Shown here piece by piece: positions 26,206 to 39,377 of a stretch of 64,000 nucleotides of DNA. The DNA is from Octopus bimaculoides (taxonomy: Eukaryota). Numbering within the stretch: position 1 is the stretch's first letter; every line of letters starts with the position of its first letter. A model generated the notes under the pieces. That model was not told where the DNA came from. It saw only the letters and a program-made list of their open reading frames with translations, and searched no databases. Where the stretch lies: contig NC_069004.1 of NCBI RefSeq assembly GCF_001194135.2, forward strand, positions 19,689,263 through 19,753,262, given 5' to 3'. The position numbers and the translations under genes are program-made.

Positions 26206-29200
26206 ATGAACAACCAAAGATCCGCAAACGAATGGGTCCTCGTGGCCCTGTAATCAGCTCTGCCAACAATCCCTCCCCAGTAAGTTCTGAGGGACAGGCT
26301 TCAAGTTTTTCGAATTATGGCCCTATTTTCCAAAATGACCCTGGATTCCTTGGCTCCGGTTCCAACATGCAGGCCTACCAAAGTCCAACAAATTATCAGG
26401 ATTATGATCGCCGATGGGATACTCATGCATTTCGTGAGGATATGTCCAGTGGTGTCCCTAGCGTCGATCAGCAATCATCTCACTGGAACCCTGCATGGTC
26501 ACGCTCTTTACACTCAGCACGTGCTGATCCTTCCAGTTACGCTGGGGCCGGTAATGTGCATGGTAACAATGGCAGCTACATGACAGAAGGCTTCTCCCGT
26601 CCATATGCCAATCAGCAACCCCAAAATCATCCCTCACAAGCTGCTACATTAAGTGAATCCAGCACTGATCAATACCCTGCTTCATTTCCTTATGACATGA
26701 CGAACATATATAGTCCGGATTCCTATTCACGCTCACGGACATCTGACAGTGGGCACACTTCAGATCCACACAACAGCCCCTTCGCTGGCCATTTATCCCC
26801 GTCCCCCGGTTATTCTCGTGATGGATTCGAATCAAGCCGATCTCCCGTTCCACTCTCTGGAAATGTCGGAATACAAGGATCAGGTAGTTCTATGTATAAC
26901 CAGACCCCTTCGTTGCCTCCTCCCGAGGAAAGCCAGGGTAGTTTCCACAAATTGTTAACTTGTAACGACAGCCCAAAGCAATCCATTCCAGCCGATCTTT
27001 CAACCCATCAGTCATTGCAGCGAAGTATCAGCCGATGCTCCACACATTCTAGTGAATCAATAAGTATGGGTGCCAGTACTACACCTGACCCTTTTAAGAG
27101 TCTTCCAAAACCTGTTTCTTCAGAAGATACTACAATGGAGACTTTTGAAAAGATGTCAAGCATAGAAAAGTTAGATGAGACAACCGAAGGTCGTTCGAGT
27201 GTTGATTCTTCAAATCATCCCCCATCGGAAACTGGAAATGCTTCACTGACTCCATTAGATGGTAGTAACTCACAAAAGAAACATATGTCCTCAATTAACA
27301 TAAGCCATGAAGATTTATTTGGAACCCCTTCTCTTAATTCTTGTGCTGATCTTTCCTCTGATTCTTTCACCTCTGCTGAAGGTAGCCGGCACCAGAGTGT
27401 TGTTGACCAATCAAATCAGGGCTCCTTCATTTCTTCAGGATACTCAAACAAGAATACGTCACACCCACAACGTTGTAGTTCTGTCACGAGTGAAGAAGAG
27501 GCACCCAGTTACCAGTCGCTGACTATGTCGTTCCCCGGTAACCAAAGCGGTAACCGCAGTCACTCGGCGATAGCCAGCCTGGAACAGATGGTGTCTAGTG
27601 TCGGAGGCTATGATATCGGTTATGACTATGCAGCTTTTCCGAACAGAGCATGGCAATGTGCTGGTACTCAACCATCTCACAATGTTACCCCTCTGCACAA
27701 CATATCTGCTGGTCCAACTATGCCCCCTGGTGGGAATTTGCCAGCCAACACCAGTATGCCATCTGGTACAAGTATGTCGACTGGTTCAAATATGCCTTCT
27801 GCTCCAAGCATATCATCTGGCCCAAACATGCCCCCCAATCAAACGTTAACGTCTGGACAGAATATGACGAGATCAAATATGCCTCCTGTTTCAAACATGA
27901 CATTAGGTTCAGGCATGCCCTCTGGATCAAACTTACACTCCGCTCCTAACATGACACCTGGACACAATATACAAAACCGTAACCTGTCATCTTCTGGACA
28001 CAATATGCCAGCAATATCACCTGGTCCTTCTCTCACTCCTACAAATATGCCCCCACATAGCATCCCTACTAACCACAATATGCCATCGAGGCCGAATGTC
28101 GCTCCTGTGAACATGTCTCAAAGCCAGCACGTGACTCAAGTGCGTGCTTTGACACCAAATATGTCAACGAGCCTTCATGGAGGTCACACTATGGGCCGGA
28201 GTGTCACTCCTCATGGGCATGGCCATGCAATGCACCCACAAGTCCACAACATATCTCAGGGTCACTCTGTTCATCCCTCTCACAACTTAGCCGCTGCACC
28301 TCAACTTCCGCCACCAGGTCACAGTCCAGCTACTTCTCCTCCCAGTGCTCATGGTCACAATATGTCCGGTCATAGCATATCTTCTGGTCATAACATGATG
28401 CAAACTCACAATCTTCCTCAGGGCCATCATGTTACACAGGGGCATGAAAGGTCCCACTCATACAACATATCTGAACCAAATTACACCACACAGGATGTCA
28501 TGATGCCTAAACAGGGCCGTATGGCTTTAAAAAAGAAGCGAGGTGAAGCGGATAACTGGTCATATGGTAAATCATATTATCAACAAGGTAGATCTTGGAA
28601 TCAGCACCCTGGACCTCCAGGTCAAAATTATAGGAACACCACTTATTGGAGGTATATGGATACTTACCAAACTTACCAAGGCTATGTTCAGAATCCCAAG
28701 GTGGAACCAGGAACTATTTCACAAACTCCAAAACTACAGCCTGTTCTGCCTCCTGGAGCACCACCTGAAAAGAGCAAGCGTGGAAGGAAAAGGTCTTCTT
28801 TTACTATGGCTAAATCTATGTCAGCTATGCCTGTGGATTCCCAACTATCGCAGTATACTTACACTTTCCATGTGCCAACCCCGATCTACAAACGGCTTAA
28901 ACTTCTCCAAAAATCAATGATTCCTGAAGAGAATGCTGTTTGCATTGTTCGCATGCACCCAATGGACGCTCGCCGCTATAGTTTGCTTAAAATTGGTCGA
29001 GAGCTGGTAAAGATTCCAAAGCTGGAGGAACGAGATATCAAAAGAATTCAGAAGGAAATTAAAGAGACAGGTTATTATCCTGGAGCGTGTTCACGTTTTG
29101 GTTATATGGTTCCATCTGATCAGCCAAGTATATCGACTAAAATTGGTTTATTGCCAGGTTTGTTGAATGAGCCAAAACCAGTTTCTTCTTATGAACCTGG

Positions 29201-32200
29201 TATTAAGTATGTTACAGTGGATAGGAAATTGCTTCCTATGAGTGCTAAAGGAATGGGTAAAAATGCTCCATCGGGATTTCAATTAGAATATGAACGAATG
29301 TTATCCCAGAATCCTCGGAACCGTGCAAGGTCTAACGTCAAGATTAAATTGACTAAAGCAAAAGAAAAACGTCGGCGAAGGAAAGTACGTGTGACTAACA
29401 GGAGGAAGGGCTCTTGTGATTTGCTGTCCGACTCTTCGTTATACACAGACTGCTCCCTTGTTTCTCAGTTACCTTACAACAAGAATTTACCCAGCACCAC
29501 TCCTCATAACCAGTATTTACTCCCATCCTCTGCATCAGAAATAACAAGTCATAGCAAGACTCCTGTGTTAATAGAAACTCTGCATTCGCCGCCTATAGCC
29601 AATATCCAGTCTTCCAATGCAACTGAAAACACGTTACCGCCTGTGAAAACCACGCATGTTAGGCGTTCGACTCGCCCGTTTCCCAAACACAATGTTGTGC
29701 CACCCCTCCCAGGAGCAAGACCTCGCATCATCACTGACAACAAGTACCGTAGTAGTAACAATAATAATTTTAATACACAAAATAGCCAGCTCCCTACCTC
29801 ACATGCAACAAATATCACTCCTCCAGTAAAACTGTGTCCAGGTCAATGCCCTGAGCAACCCACTAATCTGACTATGAGTCTCCCTCAACAAACTGCTGAT
29901 ACTACTTTTGACGCTCACCCCAAAATTGATAACATAACAGAACTTGAAGTCAGGCCAAGTTCCTCCAACAATTCTTCACCTAGTCCATTGAGTTCCTGTA
30001 AAGATAATCAGTCTCCTTTTCCAACTAACATTGGTTCACCTCATGATCCCCCACCAACATCTGGTTCATCCCTGTGGCAACCCAGTAATACACCAACTGG
30101 ACAAAGTTTCACTGTTAACTCTTCTATTCAATCCTCCTCAAACAGCCAAGATTCCCAGCAGGTGCGCAAGCGAAAACTGGGTTCTGATAACGGAAGCCAA
30201 GATGGTTCAAAACGCACCATGAATTTTTCCACAATGGATTTCACAGATATCTATGATCCTCACTCAGAGGGCTATGATGATGATGATGTTGACGCAGATG
30301 ACGATGACGATGGTGACGATGACGACGACGACGATGACAGCCATGATAACTTTGATCATAAAGCCTCTTCCGGAAATGTTTGTTGTCTTGTTGTCAACAA
30401 AAGAGCACACCAGAGGTCTCTAGTGGTGAAGTTGGAGAAGTTAAAGCTGCCAAGTAAAACGGTGAAGGCCAGTGAATTCCTTGCTACCCGTGATGGTATT
30501 CCACATCGTAGTTGTGTTGGTAACAAAATACCTGGCCGTGTTGAGAATATTGGATGGGAAAGAATTAAACTAGCTGATAAAAATAAATATCGTGGTGGAG
30601 TACCTCTAATGAGTTATTCAAGTCCAATAAGTGATGATAATGGACGTCTTTCTCTGTTCACTCAGCATTCTGGTAGCATGTTCTATGACCGACCAGCTAG
30701 TGACTATTTTCAAGATGAATATTTGGGAGTGGCTATTGCAGGATCTCTTGATGAGTCCAATGACACTGGTTTGCTTATGTCGATTGACGACGATGGCTAC
30801 TCCCAAATGATAAATACAGATTCTAGTTCAGGGGAAGATGCAACCATAAGCTACGAAGAAGAATTCGAAATAAAGTCCCGAGGCAAGAACAAACGTAAAA
30901 GAAACCTCACTCCTAACCAACGTCTAGGTGTTGCTTTCTTGACTACGAGGCATCGCAGAAAACGTGCAGTTGCAATGAACCATGGAAAACTGATGAACAG
31001 TTTGTCTTTGTTGCATCAAGCGACATTGGCTAAATTATCAACGCTCTCCACATACACAGATTCTTCTGATGATTTTAAGAAAACCTACAATGATGTTATG
31101 TCAAAGTTAGCATTATTTTCTCCTCCTGTTTCTGAAAAAGGTGATACATCTCCGCCCCAGCCACTATCCCCTGAAGAAAATGCACCTCTGCCAGTAGTTG
31201 ACGGGAATCCTGATGACGTCTCGCTCGATTCGACTGACGGCGTTTTGTCTCAGCCTAACTTCCTGTCTCAAACTTCTCTAGATTCGATCTACGAGACCCC
31301 TCTGTCTAGTGTAGAGACACAGCGCTCCTGTGAATCAGCCAAGTCCCCTAGTCTTACATCGTTGGGTGGTTCTGAAACAGAGCCAACCAGTGATATAATA
31401 GTACCAGTTGTGAAGCAAGATGAAGCTGCAGAAAACAAGTCTCCGCCCATTCCAACATTGTTGTCTTGGAAAAATGAAACTCCTACCGAGAAATCACCCT
31501 ATGCTGTAAAAACAGCTGTTGTGAAGCTCATTCCACGTGCAAGATCTGGTAGTAAATCTAAAGTTGATTGCAAACCTGAGAATAATAATAATGATTTGGA
31601 AGTTGCTGTTCCTCTTAACTCCACTATTCGAAATTTCTCCATCATTAATTCCAACCAACAAAAAGAATCAAGTGAAATTGAAGGTTTCCCTAATGTACAG
31701 TTTCGTATTGAATGCAAGCAAAAGGCATCTGTTGATCAACTAGAAACTTCTCAAGCTCATAGTAAGCTTGTAGTGAGCAATCAGTCATCAAATTGCACTG
31801 AAGATGAAATTAGTCGAGCTGAAGAACAAACTAATACTTCACCTGGTCCCTACCAGACTGGCATTTATTCACTTAATTGCCCAGAAGAAACCAGTAGTGA
31901 CAGATTAAATAGTTATTCCAATTGTGATGCAGCTGATACGGATGTAGGATATCTCATGGATAAAATAGACAACGAAGAAACACAAAATACTCTGATTGAA
32001 GAGAGAGAAACAGTATCAGAGGTTTGTCACAAAGACACAACTGAGAAGTCAGAAGTTGAGCTTAAAAATATTGCAAATAAGCTACCAGCTAGTCCTGGAA
32101 TTGAGTTGGGTGGGAATTTAGAGGAGACAGAGAAATCAACTGAACATCAAGTTTTGCAGACTACACAATTGATCTGTGAATTGAACAAAGAAACGGAAGA

Positions 32201-32917
32201 AACTACTGCAAAGCAGACAGGTGTTACATGTGACAGTGAAATGGTAGAATCTGCACAACGAAAGGAAACTGTGAAGAAAATATCCGAAACTGCAGATCAG
32301 GAAAATGGGGTTTCTAAAGCAGCTTCAGAATCAATTAAGAACACAACTGAGTCTCATTTGCATATTGGATCTCAAAATACCATTTGTGAAGAAGGTCCGC
32401 TCAATGATGTTAGTTCGCAAAAAGAGGTGAATGGTGGGCAATGTATCACCACTTCTAAGCAAGGAGAAATCAGTAGATCTGGTGAAGAAGTAGAACAGAG
32501 TAAGAAAGCATTAGCAGCTGAAGATGATGTCTTTAACTCCGACATAACAACATTGGATTTATCCGTGAGCCCTAAAACAGGTGTTTTACAATCAAGCAAA
32601 TCATCTGGAAATTCATCAAAAGAAAAGGAGTCGGCTGACACTAGTGAACCCAACCAGACTAACCAAGCAGCTCCAAAGAAATCTCAAAAAGTTAATGTGG
32701 GTAGCAATGAAAGTATAGGCTCTGAGAGACAGGACGATCACTTCAAAAATGCCAGTCCTCAGCCAGTCGCTGGCAAAGAGTCTCTGGTATTAACACCACG
32801 CGATCGTCCACCTAGCAAAGACTTAATCTGTCATACAGCAACAAAATATGGTCTCAGTATACCTAAGGTCACTGAACCTTTCTGTGGCAAACCTGAAGAC
32901 ATCACAGAAACACCCAG
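26206..32917 (+). CDS. REV3L: Giant REV3L insert exon (6712 nt, ~2237 codons), mostly low-complexity; phase 1 to 2, or reads through to a stop at 32939
   Basis: Acceptor CTTTACAG is in frame with the 2235-aa ORF. TYNDVMSKLALFS (31083-31121) resembles human YSDVMSKLGFLS. LVLTPRDRPPSK...EPFCGKPEDI resembles human ILKPLMSPPSR...EPFCSNPSDV. Candidate donor AG|GTATTA at 32918. Confidence 0.9.
32784..32816 (+). other. REV7 (MAD2L2)-binding motif RBM1 within REV3L (LVLTPRDRPPS)
   Basis: Fits hydrophobic-hydrophobic-x-P-x-x-x-P-P, at the same position before EPFC as human RBM1 (ILKPLMSPPS). Confidence 0.8.
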
Positions 32918-32939
32918 GTATTACAAACTATTGTTTTGA

Positions 32940-35865
32940 TATCATCTTGATCTTCTTTTAAAACTTTTTATCATTTTTTTTTCTGCCATTTCTGATCAAT
33001 CAGCATTAGGGTGACTGGTGGAGAATAATTTTGATTGGGATGTGAAAGCAGTTTATTTTATTTTATTTAAAACTTTTTTTTTTTAAACTCCTTTTCTTTC
33101 CAAAATTCTCTGACCAAGAAAAGAGCAGAAACACCCTTCTATAGTCCATGCCAGCTATTTTCTTTTAAATTGGTCCCTACACTTGGCACCAACAAACCAA
33201 ATGTGTATACTCTCTTTTGGGGCTTAACTGACATTGCTCATTGAAAGAAAGTCTGCCAGCTGATTCTAGAAGCTGATTGGATATTAGACAATCCCTCCAG
33301 ATCCCTTGGAGATATTCACACTTTATTGTCCAACCCATAACACACCACCCTCAGGCATCACAACTTATAATATTGCTACCCTCAGGCATCACAAACAGTT
33401 TATGATAATAGGTTTAGTTCAATTTCAAATGATTTAAAAAAAAAAAAAAGAGGAGACCCTTACACACCCATATGAAGCATTAATTATTACTCATACATAC
33501 ATCATACACACATAACATTTTTACTCCATACATACAGATGCATACCTCAAGCAATACAAAGTACAGTTTAGACAATACCTGGCAGACAGTCAGATACTTC
33601 TAACACTTTGTATTGTAATCATTGCATATTTTGTAGAAATGGTTCGCTTTTGATTCCCCGTTTGCAAACCATTTCATTTATGTCACCTATGCCTCAGGGA
33701 AAGGCATGAATATCACAAATTTCCCTTCCTCTATAAAATGAGGCTCCATGCCAGTGTCAAAGTTATTATTATGATTTCATTTAAAAAAGGATTTTTTTTT
33801 TTTGTCATTTTTCTCTGTTAGATCCTTCCAGAGATGTTTTTGTTCACTTTGGAAGTCATCTTGACCCTTACTTAATGGCTAGCTGCTTTCTTTGTCCCTT
33901 TGGAGAGGGTTTTGCTGTGTTGTTGTTTGCCCACCAGAAACAATGGATTCAGTTGACTTGTCTGTTTAAGCAGACTGCTGTTGTAGAAAGAAGGATCACC
34001 TTTGTAGAAATAGTAGTTTAGGGGTGTGGCACATGTCCTCCAGTCAGCTCAAAGTTGGTCGATAATGTACACTTTTGGGATATCTAGTATCTTTTTGCCT
34101 GCAAATATTGTGTGTGTGTGTATGCATGTATGTATCCCTCTGTCTATCCATCTATGTGTATATATATATATATATCATCTATATATATATATGTATGTGT
34201 GTAGGAGAAATTACGATAAACACAAGTTTATATCATTTGTTCCCCTGTACATTTTACACTTGTGGTTGTTTGGAACCCCTGCATTTGATGTTCCAGTTGC
34301 AGTTGAATGCTCAATCACAACAGCTCATCGAGGGAACACTTTATTGCATCATGTTTCAGAGAGCTAAAGTCACGCGTGCGCGTTTGTGTATGTGCATATA
34401 TATATTATATATATGTATATATAAAATGTCTGATATTTGGCACAATTTAGGTAGCTATCTTATGTATGTATATATAATATGTATATAATCTGGCCATACC
34501 CTGACTGTGAGTGGTGAAGAATATATATATATATATAGTATTTTGAAGACTCAGTTGTTTCATAGGTATGTGGTTGTGTTCCTGTTTTTCTTTCTCTGTA
34601 AAAGACAGATACTTTGTTATAAAAACAAGCCTTTGCTATAAGGGTCAAGTTGAAAATTTCTCTCTCTCTCTCTCTCTCTCTCTTCGCGTACTACATTCTA
34701 GATGATTATGGGATTAGTTGTGACTCAATCGAATGGATTATTTTTCATGGATATCTCTCTTAGCTTGTTTGTTATGTATGTGCGAGTATTTTTTTGGTTT
34801 GCTTGATGTGAACATGCCTCATTCTGTCAAAGTATTTCTCTCCATCTCTCACAATCTTTTTAATTTTAAAAAAAAACATTTTTTTTTTCTTCCTATCGCT
34901 ATCTTCATTATTCTTCTGCCTCATTGAAATGGCCAAAGTGTTCTGTGAAACTAGGAAAAAAAATAAAAAGCCAAAAAGAAAAAAAAAACAACAAAAAAAC
35001 AAACAAACAAACAAAAATATGGAAAGAAATAAAGCGAGAAAAACAAAAAAAAAGATATGAAACAAACAAACAAACAAACAAACAAATAATTCCTCATCAC
35101 AAAGACGAAAAGAAAATGAATTGAAAGAACAAAATAAAACAAAGAAACCAAGCAACATTGAAACTTCCAAACTGTATCCATTGTTTTTCATCCGATAGAT
35201 TGGCCTATTTATTTGTTTACCAGTCACTCTCCTTGACTCAAATTTCAAAAACTAAACCCTCAGCCCTGAAACCTTTTTTTTTTTTTTTTTTTTTTTTTCC
35301 CCCTCCCCCCATTTCTGTTGAAAATTTGTCTGTCATTATGTACCTGTCTTGTCAATCTCTCTTTGGTCATTAAACTTGTTTTTCCCCCCTCCCCTCCTCC
35401 TCCACCACTCGTCTACCTATTTGGACAAATTATTAACTGGTCTGTTCCTTCTTGCCCCATCCCACACTCTGCTCCCCCACTCCCCTTACATCACAGATAA
35501 TCAGGCTGCACAACTATTCGATATATCAATACATTAAGCTTTTTTTTTTTCTTCCCCTATTGACAAGAGGATAAAAAAAAATGAAAACCCAACTAAACAA
35601 ATAAAGAGACATTTCAAAAAACAAAATTCAAACAAGAACCCTTTCTGTGAAGCCCATAGCGCCATGGATTGTCTTCATCAATATGGTATAACATATATAT
35701 ATATATATATGAATTTATGAATATATGAATATATATATAGTTTCTTCCTTCCCATTCTCATCATTATCACTACTACAATAGAGCTCTTCCCCCCATCTAA
35801 TCTTTCTTTCTGTGTCACTATACCTCTCTGCATTACCCATTCCTAACAATGCACAACATTTTTAT

Positions 35866-35898
<33 letters not shown>

Positions 35899-36230
35899 AG
35901 GCTTAAACATAGATACATACACATGCATGCGCACACGCACGCACACACACACACAAGTGTTGTGAAGAGAGATAAGGTGTGTGTGTGTGTGTGTGTGTGT
36001 TAAAGGAACACCCAACCCCCAACAAGAACCATATTTCATGTGTCAATGCATTGTGAAAGTTGGACTATAAACATCTGTATTTGAAGATGTCAGAGTTTTT
36101 TCTCTCTCTCCCCCTTTCCCCTCCTCCCCCTTACCCCCTCGATCTTGAAACACTTTACAAAAGCATTGAAGGAGAAAGAAAAAAAAAGTCATAATTAAAA
36201 CGTTTAAATAAAAACCAAACATCATCTTAT
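32940..36230 (+). other. Putative 3' UTR of a short REV3L transcript
   Basis: Follows the in-frame TGA. No SINE copy was recognised over ~3.3 kb, in contrast to the flanking introns. Ends near AATAAA at 36207. Confidence 0.5.
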
Positions 36231-36250
36231 TTTTTGTGCGTATGTTATTA
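36207..36250 (+). promoter_or_regulatory. Candidate polyadenylation signal with U/GU-rich downstream element
   Basis: AATAAA at 36207-36212, followed ~17 nt later by TTTTTTGTGCGTATGTTATTATGTC. A second AATAAA lies at 35600-35605. Confidence 0.45.
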
Positions 36251-38620
36251 TGTCAGAGTGCATGTGTGTGTATGTGCACACATATATATATACGTATATA
36301 TATTCACATGCACGCATATGTGTGCATATTTTGTGTGTGTCTATTTGCAATTGTGTAGTTGTAGTCCATTGATTGTTAACATACCTCTTTACACATTTCA
36401 GATTCGTGGATTTTTCATCTAATGTTGATATAAGATTTTAAAGTGTGTGTGTGTATGTATGTTAGTACATGTGTGTTTTTACTTCTGTGGTCATTTATTG
36501 TTTCGTTTGGGACTTGTCTCCTTTCTATAACTTCTACCCCATAAGAAAATGTTTTGCTTTTTCTTTATCCCCCCTGTACTTTCTCAGCACTAGACATTTT
36601 ACTGGCAACACGTTTAGACACGACTCGTCCTTAGTGGAGCAGACCTGTGACCAGTCCAGCATTCCAGTTGTGACTTTCACATCTTTTTAGACGTATCTAG
36701 GACTACATCACCTGATATATCCTTTCCTTGTTTTATTAACGTAATAAGGATGACTTTGAGGGAGGTTTGACTGCTATGTTAGACAATTTCAGGACAACTG
36801 TGTTGAGGCTCCCTCATTGCTTTTAGATTTATCAGGTAAGGAAACTTGGTCACTTATGGTGTGAAATGGTTCCCTTTCTGTAAAGTGAAGCTTAGCAACC
36901 AGTAGTTGTACATCAATTTATCTTCTTCTAAAGAGTATTGGAGCCAAAGAAGTCACCTTGCTAAAAATAAGCAGTAAGTTCTCATAAATCATAGCCTGCC
37001 ATCTTTAATATAAAAATAACACATTTGATTAGTCATTTATACTCTTAAAAAGATGATGTGACAGTTACAATTAGCATGTTATTGATCATAGACCTGTTTG
37101 TTCCAAATTGACCGGGGGTTAAAGAACACCAAAATACTTTATCCTTTGCATTGTAATGATAATCTTAAAAAATATAGTTGGTTATGTTTAAAGGAGAAAT
37201 TCCATAAGCTGTCCTGTGCTGCACCACATACCAAACTCTCTCATATCCACCTTGTCTGCCTCTGGACCACAAAGGTTTCTTTGGTTTTAATTTTTGGGGT
37301 GGTTTCTGAAGAAAGCTAGTTTCATGGCAGTAAGTTCCCAGCTCAAGCTTAAGCCTTCTCTTTTACTGGGTGTGGGAACCAACTGAGATTCTCATTTAAA
37401 GGATAATAACCAAAGAGAGAACAACCAATACTGAGAGGGAGAATTGATGTTAGTACTTGAATACTTTTAGTTTATCGACCTTAGAAAGATGAAAGGCACA
37501 GAGTGACCTTGGCCGTAATTGAACTCAGATCACAGACCCAGAACCAGTGTCACGTGGTATTTGTCCAGTGTTCTTATGATTCTGCTAGTTCACCAGGCAA
37601 GCTCTTGGCAGAAGCATCATCTTCACCATCAAAATTTCTATGTTTGGGTTTTCCATGCTGGCATGTGTTGGACGAATCTCATTGAGGTAGTATTTTATGA
37701 TCAAATATCCTTCCTGGTGCCAACTTTTGTTTTCAGGTAAGGTGCTTTTTATTTCACATCTTTGCAATGCTGATGAAGGGATTAAAATCTCTGTTAGTTG
37801 AAAAACCGGTAAGGGTTAGCTAACAGAAAGGGAATCCAGATTGTAAACAATATTTCAATATGTGTTCACTGTTCCCCGTAAAATGCATCCAGTCGAACAC
37901 TGGAGAGGGCATCCAGCTGTAAAAATCCAAACCAAAACTGACCTTACCTGTGCTGGTCCCACATAAAAAGCACTTGGTCCACTGTTGAGTGGTTGATGTT
38001 AGGAAGATCATCCAGCCGTAAATACCCTGCCAAAACAGACGCAGTAGCCTGGGGTAGTCTTCCACCTGGTTAGCTCTTGTCAGACTGTCCAACCCATGCC
38101 TGCATGGAAGGCAGACGTTAAACAGTTATGATGATGATGATGATTCAGCTAACCCATGCTAGTAAGGGAAACTCAATGTCAGCCAAGTGAGTATGTCTGT
38201 AGTGGAACTGTTCAGTTATACAAAATAGTGTTTGTGTCTCACCCAAAGAAAAAGTCTGGCAAATCATCAGCAGTTGTGGAATCATAGAATTCTAGGTACA
38301 CAAATGCCTAAGAAAAAAAAAAAATGGCTAGTCAGGGTTGGCCTCAGAAAGAATAACTAACACACCACCACCATGTGCTTTGGCCTGGATTACATCAAAA
38401 TGCTTTCGGTGAATTTCATCTCAATGAACAATCGAAGTAGTGTTCAGTTGGCATTATCATCATCACTTTTACTGTCTACCTTTTATGCTTGCATGGGTGA
38501 GATGAGTCTTTTTAAGGCAGATTTTCCACTGGCTAGTTGCTCTTCTTGATGTGCAAATAGTTGTGATAATAACCCCACATGCTTTCATGAATGTCTATTA
38601 ACAAAGGACACTGTTAACAT

Positions 38621-39377
38621 CAGTGGTTCTCAACTGGGGTCCATATGGCCCCTGAGGGTCTGTATAAGATTTCTGGGGATCCACACAATAAAATAGTAAA
38701 TTGGAGATCCACAATAGTACTTTAAGGGCCCCCCGCAAAAATGTTACTTTTGATGTATGTATTGCAAGAAAACAGCTAGATTTCTTTGTGTAACGTTTTA
38801 CATAGTACCATCTGAGCAGGATCACTGCCAGAGCAGCGGTCTGGTTTCCATGCCGGTGGCACATAAAAAGCACCATTTGAGCGTGATCGTTACCAGCGTC
38901 GCCTTACTGGCACTTGTGCCGGTGGCATGTGAACAAAACATTCGAGCGAGGTCATTGCCAGTGCCGCTGGACTGGCTCTTGTGCAGATGTCACATAAAAA
39001 ACACCTTTTTGAGTGTGGCCGTTGTCAGTACCGCCTGACTGGCACGTAAAAGCATCCACTACACTCTCGGAGTGGTTGGCATTAGGAAGGTCATCCAGCT
39101 GTAGAAACTCTGCCAGATCAGATTGGAGTCTGGTGCAGCCATCTGGTTCGCCAGTCCTCAGTCAAATCGTCCAACCCATGCTAGCATGGAAAGCAGATGT
39201 TAAACAATAATGATGATGATGATGAACCTACACAAGTGAATGTGTCAAAAACAAAATAGGAATTTTGAAAGAAGTTATGTATAAAACTAGTTTTTAAACA
39301 TAGAATGGCTCTGGGGGTCCACCAGAATAAAATAGTAATCAAGGGATCCACTGATGAAAAATGGTTGAGAACCTCTA
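38621..39377. mobile_element. hAT-like MITE interrupted by a SINE (~38800-39225)
   Basis: Ends CAGTGGTTCTCAAC and GTTGAGAACCTCTA. A related reverse fragment lies at ~45995-46255. Confidence 0.65.

Noticed and set aside
33347-33394. Short direct repeat ACCCTCAGGCATCACAA present twice
   Set aside because: Only two units; a local duplication, not an array or CRISPR. No CRISPR or prokaryotic features occur in the window.
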